The notes under the pieces: model-generated
The model's database searches: none
What the model saw: the letters and a program-made list of their open reading frames with translations, nothing else
Told to the model about the DNA's origin: nothing
Translations under genes and position numbers: made by a program
In this document: one piece after another, positions 13,027 to 27,298 of the stretch
How the letters are laid out: each line of letters opens with the position of its first letter
Numbering within the stretch: the stretch's first letter is position 1
Source: Octopus sinensis
Taxonomy: Eukaryota
Assembly (NCBI RefSeq): GCF_006345805.1
Contig: NC_043004.1
Location: 74,090,001 to 74,154,000, forward strand
Reading direction: 5' to 3'
Length of the DNA stretch: 64,000 nucleotides

Positions 13027-13067
<41 letters not shown>

Positions 13068-13151
13068 TTAGAGACAAAACCACTATTTTGCAAGACAAAC
13101 AAGGAAAGACTTAATCAATACATAAAATTTTAATAAAAAGTAAAAAAACCG

Positions 13152-13194
13152 CCACTACAATTGTTTCATGTCTTGAACGACAATCTTCAGGTGG
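13152..13194 (-). ncRNA. Minimal type I hammerhead ribozyme (family 2)
   Basis: Minus strand reads CCAC-CUGAAGA-U-UGUC-GUUCAA-GACA-U-GAAA-CAAUUG-UA-GUGG. Confidence 0.8.
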
Positions 13195-13688
13195 ATTTCC
13201 GATCTAAAATATCAATATTTTAAAATATAAGTATAAAAAATAATTTAAAAATAATTAAAGTATCAATGAAAAAATATAAATATATAATCTATATATAACC
13301 TATATATAATCCATATATAATCAATATATAAACCAAATAAACCTATCAACAATTAAATATAAAACAAAATAAAAATAAACTATATATACACCCATACACA
13401 TATAACTAAGTATATATAACCATATCTAAATACATACACTAACTCACACACCTATATATATATCCCTATACATACACATAAAAACGTCTAGGCAACGATA
13501 AATAAATAAAATAGCCAAATAGTTCAACACAATACTTATTCATACTCCCTCACACACACATACAATCCACATTCATAAACAATATACGTATACCCGCTCA
13601 CACATACATATACAAACATACAGAACTCGATATATACACCAATATATTCACACCCACATCTATACAGATAAATAAATTACGCAAACAA

Positions 13689-13726
<38 letters not shown>

Positions 13727-16047
13727 TCACACATACATAAACACTCAAAAGAAAAATAAACAATTCTTTACACGTGGTGATCGAACGTTTTTTTAAAAAA
13801 AATTATGAATGGAATAATATATAATCAACTTAAATATACAGAATTTACTACAAATCATTAATAAACCATCATGAAAAATGAAACCCATATACATATAATG
13901 ATAAAACTCCCTTTACCATACACAATTATACCTATATAGCAATCTCCATATATACATTCACACACAAATATACATACGTAAAACACACACACACAACATA
14001 TACGTATACCCCCTCACATATACATATACATACGTACTAAACTCGATATATACAACAATATGTTCACACCCACACTCATACAGATAAATAAATTACACAA
14101 CTAAAATACGCACACACACACACATTCACACATACATAAACACTCAAAAGAAAACAACATTACTACACATAATACGATATATAAAATACTTCATAAGTAA
14201 CCAGAATATCATAAGTAACAAGATTAACATAAAGAGAAAAAAATATATACATACTTTCAAATCAGTTTCAATTTATGAAGTGAAATTAAACTCTAGCCGT
14301 TAAAAACGTCAAACAAATTACATTACCATAGGAACCTAACATATGTATAAAAAGTATTCACGCTCTGGAAAACGAACGTCATTTAAAATTATGAATGGAA
14401 TAAATGGAATTAAAAATTATATTCACGTGGTAAACGAACATTACTTAAAATTATGAATGGAATAATGTAATAAAATAACAAACATCATAAATAGACATAA
14501 ATTACTACAAACTCTTTAATAAAACTACCATGATAAACCAAAACTCATAAATACATATAATGATAAAACCTCCCTTTACTAAACACTATAACATACCTAT
14601 ATAGCAATCCCCCTAACCTATACATTCACACACAAATACACACACGTAAACCACACACCCACGACATATACAAATACCCACCTCACTCACACAACCTATA
14701 CATACGTATAAACCTCGATATATACACCAAAAATTCACTCCCACACCCATACAGATAAATAAACATATACATCCTTAAAAACGGGTGCAATCTCACGCAC
14801 ATCAATCATGCATGTATACAAGTGCATACACAAACACACACTTTTACATAGCACCATGCACTCCCACACCTACACATGCACTTATACACGCGCACACATG
14901 CACACACACTCATGCAACATACATATTCACGGACACTCTCCTAGACATCCAAATATACGTATAAAGGGCTACAAGACAATACCCAATAAAAACTACCATG
15001 AGCAACAAACCAAGCCATAATGCATGGGGACTACAATACTAAAAAATTCTAAATAAAATAATCATGATAAATGAAATCCATACATACAAATAAAACCCCT
15101 TACCAAAAAACAATACACACAAATACACACACATATATACACACACCCACAAACATAACCATATACATACGTATACATATACATACGTATACATATACAC
15201 ACAAACATATACATACGTACAAACCTCGATATATACACCAATATATTCATTCCCACACTCAATAAATTATTAAATAAATACATATACAAACATAAACATA
15301 TATATATATATATAAAAAAATATATATATACATTCACACATAACATCACATACACATATATATAAGAAACAGTCTTTCAAAAAAGTAAATAAATATTAAT
15401 ATAATATATTTATATATGAGTGTGTACACGCAGACGGGTGCAAACACACGCACATTCAAAACATTCATGTATACAAGTGCATAAATAATCCCACTCAATT
15501 ACATAGCACTCATACACTCCCGCATCTACACTTGCACTTGTACACACGCACACATGCATACACACCCATACCTACATATTCACGGACAATCTCCCAAAAA
15601 TCTATATAAACGTGTATTATAACAGACAATACCCAAATAAAAACTGTCAATTCAACATACCAAATAAAAAACAAAGGGATCGTAAACATTCACACATACA
15701 TACAAAACTCAATATATACACCACTAAATACACCCAATCATCCATAAGAATATATCCTCAAATATACATATAACATATACATAATAAAAATACATAATAA
15801 AATAAAATAAATAAATAAGTAAAGAAAATAAAATAAATCTAATATAAATTATTAAAGTTTTAACGTACCATAAACTGTTATATATTAATATACATTAAAA
15901 ATGAACTAATTAAGACAAAGAAATATCAATTAAAGACTAACTATAATTAAAGCCTAGACTACATAACTAAATATATATAATACTCTAAACTAAATTTATT
16001 AAACAATTGAAACTGTATAAATTGAAACTGATTTGAAAATCGGAAAT

Positions 16048-16090
16048 CCACCTGAAGATTGTCGTTCAAGACATGAAACAATTGTAGTGG
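16048..16090 (+). ncRNA. Minimal type I hammerhead ribozyme (family 2)
   Basis: Identical to the 13152-13194 copy, with palindromic helix III ACAAUUGU and a GUA triplet. Confidence 0.8.
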
Positions 16091-16264
16091 CGGTTTTTTA
16101 AACTTTTTATTAAACTTTTATGTATTGATTAAGTCTTTCCTTGTTTGTTTTGCAAAATAGTGGTTTTGTCTCTAATTAATATTATATAATATTTTACTAT
16201 AAAATTGGATTTAATCCTAAATCTGATTTTTTCCCTGTAAATTTGGATTTATTCCCTAATATTT

Positions 16265-16385
<121 letters not shown>

Positions 16386-16424
16386 GTATAGATATAGATA
16401 TTTATATACATATATATATATACA

Positions 16425-16524
<100 letters not shown>

Positions 16525-16625
16525 GGAGTAAACACATAAATGTGAAACAAGGTGGAAAAAGAGTACTCAAATACCAGTGGTAGAGTAATATGCTTTATTT
16601 TAAGCAGCAGAAAATTCAACAAAAT

Positions 16626-16663
16626 CTGTTACTCTGAGTTTCTCGTTGCCGTTCATCAGACAG
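16626..16663 (-). ncRNA. Minimal hammerhead ribozyme (family 3) in the inverted 5' segment
   Basis: CUGU-CUGAUGA-A-CG-GCAA-CG-A-GAAA-CUCAGAG-UA-ACAG. Confidence 0.78.
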
Positions 16664-17225
16664 TATACATTAATTTTTTTCTTATTTCGTTTTTTCCCCA
16701 CCCCTCCTTCGTTCCTTTTTCTCTCTCTCCCTTTCTTTCGTTCCCCCTCCTTGCCCAGTATATGAGAATTGCTACATAGATGAATTTTAGCTTGCGTGCG
16801 AGACGGTTTGCGTGAATATATGTACACATGCTTTTATGTGTATATTTAAATTTATATTCATACGTCTGTATATGTATGTATGGCGTCTACGCGCATCCTT
16901 TTGTGTATGTTGATATATATATGTAGATTTTAATATAAATTTGTATTGCAGTATTTATAACAGGTTTAATTTCTATGCATTAATTTGCAGTCTTCATTAA
17001 CGTCAATGGTTTTTTCCTCGGATTTTATAATTTTTATAAGTTTTTTATATATAATTTTTATAAGTTTTTATATATATATACATATATCTTTGACCTTTTT
17101 GTCTATCGCTCGAAGATTGACCGTTTTTTCTAAAGGGCCAATCAAACAAGTCCATTTCTTTTTAAAGGCGTAGCGTTTGTAAGAGTATAGATTGAATTGA
17201 TATATCAGTTCCATTCTAGCAAAAA

Positions 17226-17263
17226 CTGCCTGATGAACGGCAACGAGAAACTCAGAGTAACAG
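17226..17263 (+). ncRNA. Minimal hammerhead ribozyme (family 3) in the 5' pLTR, helix I mismatch
   Basis: Same as the other copies except T>C at 17229, which gives a C-A mismatch next to the core. Confidence 0.7.
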
Positions 17264-17433
17264 ATTTTGTTGAATTTTCTGCTGCTTAAAATAAAGCATA
17301 TTACTCTACCACTGGTATTTGAGTACTCTTTTTCCACCTTGTTTCACATTTATGTGTTTACTCCGGTGTAACCCGCTCCTTGTAAAAGTTTGAGCGACTC
17401 TGCACAAGTAGGAAGAACAAACAGCTGAAAAAG

Positions 17434-19568
17434 ATGGAACTTTACCCGCTGGATTTTTCTCAGAAAAATATACCTATCCCTGCACGGAAACAATATCTCA
17501 AAGGTCTTATAGAGAAAACGGAAGAGTTTATTAGAAGACTGAGATGGAAAGCCTTCTTCTTTGATAATAGACAGAAAATAGAAGGAAACAAATATGGATT
17601 TAAATCTCCCAGAAACCCGCCACCGATTCCGGAATTAGAAGCCTTCGAGAAAGACCTTTTCGAGCTTATTAGGAAAATTAAATTCCGCAAATATACCAAC
17701 CAATTGCAAAAAAACATGAGAGAAAAAATTAAGGAGATTAACGACTCGAATAAGATCTTCGTTAATTCTGACAAGACAAGGAACTTATATGCACTTGATA
17801 AGGACGTTTATAAACGCCTGATTTCGAATAGTGTCACGGACACATACAAAAAAGACAACACGAATATATACAAAGAGGTGAACTTAGAAGCAAGAGGAAT
17901 AGCTAACGATCTTAAGATTAGCGATAGGATTGAATACCTTTCACCACAACCAGCTTTTATTACTCTGAAAGACCATAAAGCCAATTTTAGTAGAAACCCC
18001 AAATGTAGATTGATAAATCCGGCTAAAACTGAGATAGGAATTATTAGCAAAAATATTTGGACCGTATTTTAGTTAAGTTAGATAGTGAAGTAGACTTGAG
18101 AATTTGGAAGAATAGTAAGTCAGTTATAGAGTGGTTTAAAGGTATTAGCTATAAGAATAATTGTAGTTTCACACAATTCGACATTATTGACTTTTACCCG
18201 TCAATATCTAGGACGTTGCTCCTAAGGGCATTGGACTTCGCCAAGCAGTATGTCAACATCGATAGCTCGGAAATTGAAATTATTATGCATGCGAGGAAAT
18301 CGCTTCTTTTTTTCGAGGATTCCACCTGGATTAAGAAGACTGAGGATTCTCTTTTCGATGTACCGATGGGGGCATACGACGGGGCTGAATTATGTATGCT
18401 CATAGGAGCCTTTATTCTCCATAATCTAAAAATAGAATTCCCATTTATAGATGCAGGTTTATATAGGGATGACGGCTTTATAGCCACGCATAATCTAAAC
18501 GGCCATGAATCAGATAGACTTAGGAAGGACCTTATAGCTTTCTTTCAAAGGATGGGCTTACGGGTTACGATAGATGCTAACCTGAATAGTGTAGATTTTT
18601 TAGACGTAAATTTTAATGTAAGATCGGATAGATTTAAACCTTTCCGTAAGCCCAATGAAAAGCTATCGTATATTAGCAAAGATTCGAACCATCCACCAGT
18701 TATCCTTAGGAACTTAGTCAGCAATGTAGGTAGAAGAATATCTTCAATTTCTTCGGACGAGGCAGCATTCCATAATGCTGCACCTTATTACGATAGCGCA
18801 TTAAAGAATAGTGGATTCTCTGAGAAGATCCAGTTCAACCAGCTTAATGCTGATAATAATGCTGCACGAAGAACTAGGACCAGGAAAGTTTTGTGGTTCA
18901 ACCCGGCTTTCAATTTGGCCGTAAAGACTAATATAGGTAAGGAATTTTTGAGATTAGTCTCTAAGCATTTTAAGCAGGGTCATAAATTCTACAGAATATT
19001 TAATAGAAGAACCCTGAAGGTTAGCTATTCTTGTTGCAGAAATTTCGCCTCTTACATTAGCCAACATAATAGGAAGCTAATTGAGATTAGACATGGTGCC
19101 GAGCCCATTAAGAAATGTAATTTCAAAAACGAAAGCTCCTGTCCGTTAGAAGGGAAATGTCTAGTGAAAGGAGTAGTTTATAGAGCCAAGGTGCAAGTGG
19201 AAGGCTCATCGGAATACAAGACATACACAGGGGCTTCAGAAAATTCATTTAAAACAAGATTTTATACTCATAAAAATTCATTTAAATACCCAGAGAATAG
19301 GAAGAAAACCAGCCTAGCAAAATATGTCTGGGAACTAAAAGAAAAGGAAGCCCCACCTTTCAACGTGACATGGAGCATTCTGGACAGGGCGGCACCATAC
19401 AGGCACGGAGCTTACAAAAATAATTTCAAGTGCAGACTTTGTCTATTAGAGAAAATGTACATCTTATTCAAAGACAATAATTCTTTGAATCAAAGAAGTG
19501 AGTTAATGAACTTATGTAGGCACGCGGCTAAATTTAAAATGTCGAATATAAATATACCATATGGATAG
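17434..19568 (+). CDS. Penelope-like RT-GIY-YIG polyprotein (~710 aa) with one frameshift at ~18057
   Basis: Motifs: DKTRNLY, CRLINPAK, FDIIDFYPSI, MGAYDGAEL, GLYRDDG, VDFLDV, SNHPP, GVVY..YTG (GIY-YIG-like), CRLCLLEK, CRH. One extra T in AATATTTGGAC restores ISKNILDRIL. Confidence 0.88.
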
Positions 19569-20673
19569 AGTATATATTTTGTATTTTTGATTTTTGATTT
19601 TGATTTTGACTCTTGAGCGCTACGATGGATTTTGATTTTGATTTTGTTTTTGTTTTTGTTTTGTTTCCAAACTATGCGGATCTTAATCCGTATAGCAAAG
19701 CCTTATGTTTCTACATATATATCAGGAAAAACCTACAAACTTTGTTTTCATGTTATTGTATTGCATAGGATTACCTTGATTATTTATATTACCTTGATTA
19801 TTTATAAATGACCCAAAATAGGATGTTATATTTTATTTTATATGTCTTTCGTATATATTTTTATTAATGCACCCATTTTTTAAAAGCAATGTTTTTTAAA
19901 AAAAGCAATGTTGTCAAAATTATAATGTTTATATAAGTATGTGTATAGCAAAGCATATGTATTTGTAAGCATGCATATCTGTGTATGTGTAAGTGAAAGT
20001 ATGTTTGTGCTTAAGCACACATATACACGACGGTATGTATATGTATCCATTCAAACTTGTGTATGTATACTGGTCTCTATAGATGCCAATAACAGCGTTA
20101 CACTGCCTGTATACATAAATTTTTTTCTTATTTCGTTTTTTCCCTACCCCTCCTTCGTTCCTTTTTCTCTCTCTCCCTTTCTTTCGTTCCCCCCTCCTTG
20201 CCCAGTATATGAGAATTGCTACATAGATGAATTTTAGCTTGCGTGCGAGACGGTTTGCGTGAATATATGTACACATGCTTTTATGTGTATAATTTAGATT
20301 CATATTCATACGTCTGTATATGTATGTATGGCGTTTACGCGCATCCTTTTGTGTATGTTGATATATATATGTAGATTTTAATATAAATATGTATTGCAGT
20401 ATTTATAACAGGTTTAATTTCTATGCATTAATTTGCACTGTCTTCATTAACGTCAATGGTTTTTTCCTCGGATTTTATAATTTTTATAAGTTTTTTATAT
20501 AATTTTTATAAGTTTTTATATATATATACATATATCTTTGACCTTTTTGTCTATCGCTCGAAGATTGACCGTTTTTTCTAAAGGGCCAATCAAACAAGTC
20601 CATTTCTTTTTAAAGGTGTAGCGTTTGTAAGAGTATAGATTGAATTGATATATCAGTTCCATTCTAGCAAAAA

Positions 20674-20711
20674 CTGTCTGATGAACGGCAACGAGAAACT
20701 CAGAGTAACAG
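20674..20711 (+). ncRNA. Minimal hammerhead ribozyme (family 3) in the 3' pLTR
   Basis: Intact helix I CUGU/ACAG, GUA triplet, helix III ACUC-A-GAGU. Confidence 0.78.
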
Positions 20712-20743
20712 ATTTTGTTGAATTTTCTGCTGCTTAAAATAAA

Positions 20744-20782
<39 letters not shown>

Positions 20783-20828
20783 TAGATAGATAGGTATAGA
20801 TATAGATATTTATATACATATATATACA

Positions 20829-20910
<82 letters not shown>

Positions 20911-20921
20911 TAATATATATG

Positions 20922-21009
<88 letters not shown>

Positions 21010-21565
21010 TATATTCATATATATATACATATATGTTTGTGATTTTGTGTTTGTAACTTTGTATCTATGGATGTCGGTGTATGTATATGCATGTATTTTC
21101 ATGAAAGATCGTTTGACAAAGAATAATGACAAATCTGACGCGTCCTTGACCAACTCCCATATAGAGGGAATATAAAGAATAGGAAAAGATGCTCGTGAAT
21201 ATACGAGAAGTAACATGTTCAAGCAAGTAATGTCCACGTAATATTGTAAAGGTGAGACATAGACTGATCAATTAATAATATTAAGCTAACGAAAAAATTA
21301 AGCTAACGAAAAAATTAAGCTAACGAAAAATTAATAATTACAATCAATTGCTGATTGATTTGTTACAGGTATATTTTGTATCTTCTTCTAAGCTGTTGTA
21401 GCATAAATATTTTATGCGCTTAAGCAGCCATATCGTCCCCCTGGATTATTACCTAGATTGGTTTTAAATAGGGAATAATACCAACAGTTTATTGACACTC
21501 GCAATGTCGATGAGGATTATTTCATTAAATTTCAAAATATGAACTTAATGGTTAAAATAAGAGCC

Positions 21566-21568
<3 letters not shown>

Positions 21569-21659
<91 letters not shown>

Positions 21660-21684
21660 AATATATATATATATATATATATAC

Positions 21685-21719
<35 letters not shown>

Positions 21720-21850
21720 TGTATGTATGTATGTATGTATGTACGTATGTATGTATGTATGTATGTATGTATGTATGTATGTATGTATGTATGCATGTAT
21801 GTATGTATGTATGTATATATGTGTGTGTATGTATGTATATGTATATATGT
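21569..21850. repeat. (TA)n/(TATG)n compound microsatellite (representative)
   Basis: Similar tracts at about 1430, 7081, 8033, 12870, 16280, 20745, 22075, 42826, 48717, 49500, 50118, 51370, 52848, 53540, 54315 and 60838 account for most YIYI/MYVC ORFs. Confidence 0.97.
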
Positions 21851-22070
21851 ACCTATGTATCTATGCATGTATGTATACGACAAGTAAGAAATTTCCTGTA
21901 AAAGTGAAGGCTAAACCACTTTTTACCCCCGGCCATATATGATTTCTAATTGCGAGATTGCCACGTAATAACCAGCACTTGGGTATGAATAATTGGGTAC
22001 ACTACCAGCAGTATGTTGGATAGATACTATCCTTTAGTTGGGTTGGCTCCCCAACCTCTAACTCTGATGG

Positions 22071-22148
<78 letters not shown>

Positions 22149-22699
22149 AAGTCAAGTTGTAAGGTACCGCACAAGTGGAAATATATATAAAAGAAGGTTT
22201 GAAAATGCAAATGTAAAGATGTATATTCACCAGACAGATTTTACTTTTTCACAAAAGTTTGTCAAAAGTAAAATGTAAAGGTTTGTATGAGCTTTGTTGA
22301 GTTAAGTACTGGTTATCACATAGGTATTAGAAAAACAGAAATACATTCTTTGATAATAATAAGAAAATGTTAAAGATAGTTTACAAGAAAATATTTGAGA
22401 AAGTAATCAGAACGGGCCTCCAAAACGTAGAGTTCAATTAAAATCATGTTTGTTTGGTAGTATATATATATATACACAGAAGGAGATATATTTAAGAATT
22501 TACAAAAAAATGTAGCGGAATAACTGAACTTTCTGATATTTTCTCTTGTGTGTAGCTAAGGAATGTTTGCTATCTTAAGGGACAGTGTGAGAGGTTGGTT
22601 GGGAGGAGGGAAGCAGAGTAATGTAGGATCAAAAGGATTTTTTTGTTTCTCGGCTAGCCTGTCATGGTTCAGTGGTTTTGGGGACTGGTCTTAGAAGTC

Positions 22700-24805
22700 A
22701 GAATGGTGTGAGTGTATGTCTCTGTGCACGTCTCTATGTGTGTGTGTATATATACATGTGCTTGTGTTTTATATTTGGTAGGATGGTGTGAGTATATGTG
22801 TGCTCGTTTTTGTGTGTGTGATTAGTACTTGTTACGGTGTTGTGTGTGCGCTTGTGTGTGGATGTTTTTGGTCGCGCGTGTATATGTGTGCGTCCGTGTG
22901 TGCGTGTGTATGTTTGTGTATTTTGCTTTTGTGGGATGCTATGTGTGTGTACGTGAATGTGTGTGTGTCCCTGTCTGAGTATGTATGTATTGTTATACTT
23001 GTTTTGGTGGTGTATGTATGTGTATGAATAGTTTTTGTCTGGGTGTTATGTGTGCGCGTATGCGTATGTGTTTGTTCACATGTGTGTGTGCGTGTTTGTC
23101 TGTGTGTGTGTGCCTGTGTATGTTTGTGTGTTTTGTTTTGGTAGTGATGTTATGTGTGTGTGAATGTTTCTCTCTGAGTATGTTTGTGTTGTAATTGTCC
23201 TGGTGGTGTATATGTGTGTGAGCTACCGTATGTGTGTGAGGGTGCAAATAATGCGTCTGTAGGTATGTGTGGGTGTGTATGTGCGTGTGTGTGTTGCATT
23301 TATCAGGGGTTCTGTGTGTGTCCGTGTCTGTTGTGTTTATCCGTGTGTTGTGTATGTGTGTACGTGTACGTTCTGTGCATGTTGGTTTTGGGTATGCGTT
23401 TGTGTGCGTGTGTATGTGTGTGTGTGTGTGTGTAAATATGTGGGTATGGTTTATGTAGTTTTCCAGGTGTGTGTACATGCGTACATGCGTGTGCTGTATT
23501 TGTGAGTGATTTGTTTTGTTTGTATTGTTAGTGTAGTGTGTATGTATATGTGTTGGTGTATTTGTGTTAGTGTGTCTATGTGTCTTGTATTAGTCGGAGA
23601 GGTGTGTGTCATTGTATATGTGCATGCTTTTGTGTATGTGTGTTTTTGTTGTGGTTGTTGTGATTGTATTGTGTGCATATGTGTGTGTCATTTCTTTTTG
23701 AGTGCGTGTGTGTGATTTTTTTACTGGGGAATGGACTGTGTTTGTGTGAGTGTGTGTGTGTACATATGTGTGCATATATGCGCATTTGTGTACATATGTG
23801 GGCATATATGCGCGAGTGTGTACAAATGTGGGCATATATGCGTGTGTGTGTGTACATAGGTGTGCATATATGGGTGGGTGTGTGTAGGCTGTGTTGCATT
23901 TGCGTGTTTGTGTGTGTATCTGTGTATGTGTGGGAGTGTTTTTGTGAATGTGATTTGTCATTGTCAGGGTGGTATGTGTAGGTGTGTGCATGTACATGCT
24001 TACTTATGTGTGTATATGTGTGTTTGTGTTGGTTATAGTTGCTAGAATCGTATTGCAAGTGTATATATGCATGTGGTTTTTCTTGGAATGTTTGTGGGTT
24101 TGTACTCTAGTGTGGGGATATTGTGTTTGTGCGTGTGTGTATATGAATGTGTGTGTGTGTTTGCGTAGGAGGTTTGCATTGTATTTGTGCGTGTGTGATT
24201 TTGTACATCTTTATGTGCTTCTCTGTGTGTTTGTTTTGGTTGTGTACCGGGGCTGGGTATGTTAGAGTATGTTGAGTTTTGGTCTGTATTTTTGATTAAG
24301 ATTATTTTCCTCATTTATTCGTGTTTGGCCAGTGGTGTTGTCCGGGCATGGGTATGGTGGGAAAACTAGGAATTTGGGGGACTTGTTTTGTGCACAGAGA
24401 TCTAAGTGCCCACTAAGTGGTATCTGTTTTTGCGGTGGGATCCCTCAATTGTTGGAGTTGGACTGTCATCCTTTCTCTTAGGGTAAGGCTCGTTTGCTTT
24501 ATGTAATCTTTGTGGCACCCTTCACACCTTATGGCATAAAGTAAATTCTTTGATGCGCAGGTGAAGTTATATTTTTACAACAAAATTGTGCCCCGCCTGG
24601 ATTTTGTATATTGTTCCCTCAATGAGGTGGATGTAAATTCTGCAGTTGGAACGACCACATTTCTGGACGGTGGGCGGTGGGCTTGTCTCGGGTAATTTTG
24701 CATTGGTGAGTAGGTTTTTTAGGGCTTTGGGTTGGCTTTTGCTTATTATTATTTTATGGGTTACGAGTACTTTTTTTAGACGTGGGTCTTGAGTCAGCAA
24801 TGGGT
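22700..24805 (-). mobile_element. Penelope-like (Neptune-type) 3' remnant: GIY-YIG plus CA-rich 3' region
   Basis: Minus strand reads PLLTQDPRLKKVL..SKSQPKALKNLL..KCGRSNC..NFTCASKNLLYAIRCEGCHKDYIKQT..LRERM..SGHLDLC..RPKLN (frameshifted), followed by ~1.5 kb of low-complexity sequence resembling the interior of 13.2-16.0 kb. Confidence 0.75.
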
Positions 24806-25860
24806 GTTCCGAATGAGCAGGATCCAAACATTCATCAGGCACTTGCTGACAGCAGTTGGGACGACTTTGTCATGGGTCCACGAGATGCGTTTTGATGTCA
24901 AAGCCAACTCCATGGATGCATGTTTCGTTAGGATTCTTCCCCTTCCAAAAAATGAAGTATTTGGAGCCAGCCTCTGTGATGCTGCCGTCTCCGGGAGGCC
25001 TAGCCTTGCACAAGGCTGACACGTCGATGTTAAAGTGGCCACGTTCTTTGCAGACGAAGGTTGTACGTCGTTCCGGTCGATTAATGTCAATCTTGTTCTG
25101 GGAAGTGCGGATGTTCCAGGCCGAGAAGGTGACAGATTGTGAAACAAAGGATTTAGTAGTCGATGATAGATGAGTTGAAGTAGAGCTCTGACCACTGAAT
25201 GGGAGGTCCACCAGCCACGGTATGCTGGACAGATCGATTTACCGTGTCCGATTTTTATCCCACTTTTTCTTGGGGCTTTTCTTTGAGGGTTGGACTGCGG
25301 TAGTTCTAAAGAGGCCATCCCAGTCACGGGTCCAGCTGCCGAACTCCAATGTTACGACTATTCATTGGAGAGCGACCATCTGCGATTCGCTGCCAATGTG
25401 TGGTCACGGAGTAGAGGCTCCCTGCTTTCCAGATCTGCGATGCAATTGGCATTAGGCTTTTTTCTTTGTAACTCAAAGAGTAGAAAGACGAAACCAGTCG
25501 CTGAGTAACTTATTTGAAATGATCGTGACTGCAAGACGGCCATGCGCACGCACTTTACCAGGAAAGTTTCCACTGCGGCTCAAGAATTGAGACGTGCAAT
25601 CTTGATGAGGGTGGTTGCAGCGAGCTGCCGGAGTCTATCCGCCCTTGTCACGCTTGTCTGCCGGGCGTTGCCCTCTTCTGCCGGAGTCAATCCTTGGGTG
25701 ATTGCCCTCCTATGTTTGCTTTACTGTTGGGGTCCTGATGCTGGAGTTTGGTCGTGTGTAGTCTGGGACCTTAACCTCGACTTTGCCGCCATTGTGGCCC
25801 TACCAGGAGTCTTAGACTCCAGACGACATCGCTCTCAGAATCATTGGAACACACAAGCTC
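24805..25860 (-). mobile_element. RTE LINE 5' fragment (5' UTR plus start of APE)
   Basis: FSAWNIRT..RPERRT..FNIDVSAL..DGSITE..YFIFWKG..HGVGF. The UTR shares CCGGCAGCTC(C/G)CTGCAACC-like sequence with the RTE at 11760-11790. Confidence 0.75.
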
Positions 25861-27298
25861 TTCAACCACATCAAGGGACGACTATCGTAAGGTATATATG
25901 TGTGTGTGACTGTGGTTGTGTGGGGGTGTGGGGGTGTGCATAGCTCAAAACGCATACTCAACACACATACTTGGAAAATAGAACGCTGTTCTATGAGAAA
26001 ACAAGAGGAAAAATAGAAAGAGGGTTGATTCAAAAAGTAGAGCGAGAAAGAGGTGAATAAAAACGGAAAAGAAAGAAAAGATGAAAAATATGAGTAAGAG
26101 TTGCATTACATTTTTCCGTCGAGATCAGAATTAATCTGGCTAGTGTAGAATATTTCAACAGGGTAGATAACAACATCCCCGAAACAGCTGGTAAATCTAA
26201 AGAGGGTAGTCTGGCATTTTACTATACTATTTAATTACAGATCCGACAACAGAGAGGAGGAAACAGATTATAAGATAAATGGTTAGATAAGTTGATTCAA
26301 TCAGTAAGGAAGTTTAGGCATATAGCTTTCAATTTACACCTTAGCACACACAACATAATTTTTCTCAGTGTATAGTATGCTTTCAGAATTATTTATAGTT
26401 TAACAACTACTACCATCATTAATGCTAGTCTCTAAAATAACTGAATACTTCTTTATGACAACCAGATATTATGTGCGTTGTAATAGCTGGGTATTCCCTA
26501 CAAAACCAGTATCAATAGAGAGATCTATACGTTTCTCAACACAAAAGCGCTTCATATTACAATGCTGAAATGATACACTTGAAATAAAGGGATAGATTGC
26601 ATATAAAGATACATCATTGGAGAATTTCTCTAGGGTACATTCTGCACGAAAAGCATCAGTTTGCATGAAGGTTAACAGAATGTAATGAGTAAAACAGAAC
26701 AGTTGATAGGTTCGGCTATGTTGAGGAGTTCTAATAAGATAGAAACATGCTCTAATTGTCACCTAGCGACAAATCTCACTACATGATGCAATTAAAGCTT
26801 TAATAAACTAATAATTTCATACTTTTCTCCTTTCGTGTCCTGTAAAATATTGAAATTAATGCAGAAGGTTTGTCCCCCCAATTACAGGCGAAGTTACAAT
26901 CGATGGTAAGTCATTTTTGGAAGTATGATAATTTTCAACTAACTGCACAAATGTTGCGGATCCATTATTCTTCAGACATTTCTATATTACATGCTCATGA
27001 GAAAGACTAACCCTAAGTTGTTGGTAAAAGTATTAGAAATTACATCCACAACTTTATCCTATCACACTTAACCAAGTATAGAAGTTATTTTATTAGTATA
27101 AAAATATTATGATACAATATGGTCCTTATTGCTCAAGGAGAATCAAAGAGACGAGAGGATTATGCCTGCACTTTCATTGATAAAAGAAGCTACTCAATAA
27201 AACCTATAGCTTAACAACAACAGCAACAACATTAGGCTGCCAAGATTCCAAGCTCTGTGTATTCTGTTACAATGATATATTTCTCTAAATTTTCTCAC

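Larger units (their letters stand above)
13057..16186 (+). mobile_element. Non-coding Penelope-derived element with ~147-bp inverted, hammerhead-bearing arms
   Basis: 13057-13203 is the near-exact reverse complement of 16039-16186, and each arm carries a hammerhead. The interior is CA-rich with internally repeated blocks and no ORF. (TA)n tracts lie close to both ends. Confidence 0.75.

Noticed and set aside
21281-21332. 3 x 17-bp tandem repeat (TTAAGCTAACGAAAAAA)
   Set aside because: A short slippage minisatellite with no spacers or associated feature.
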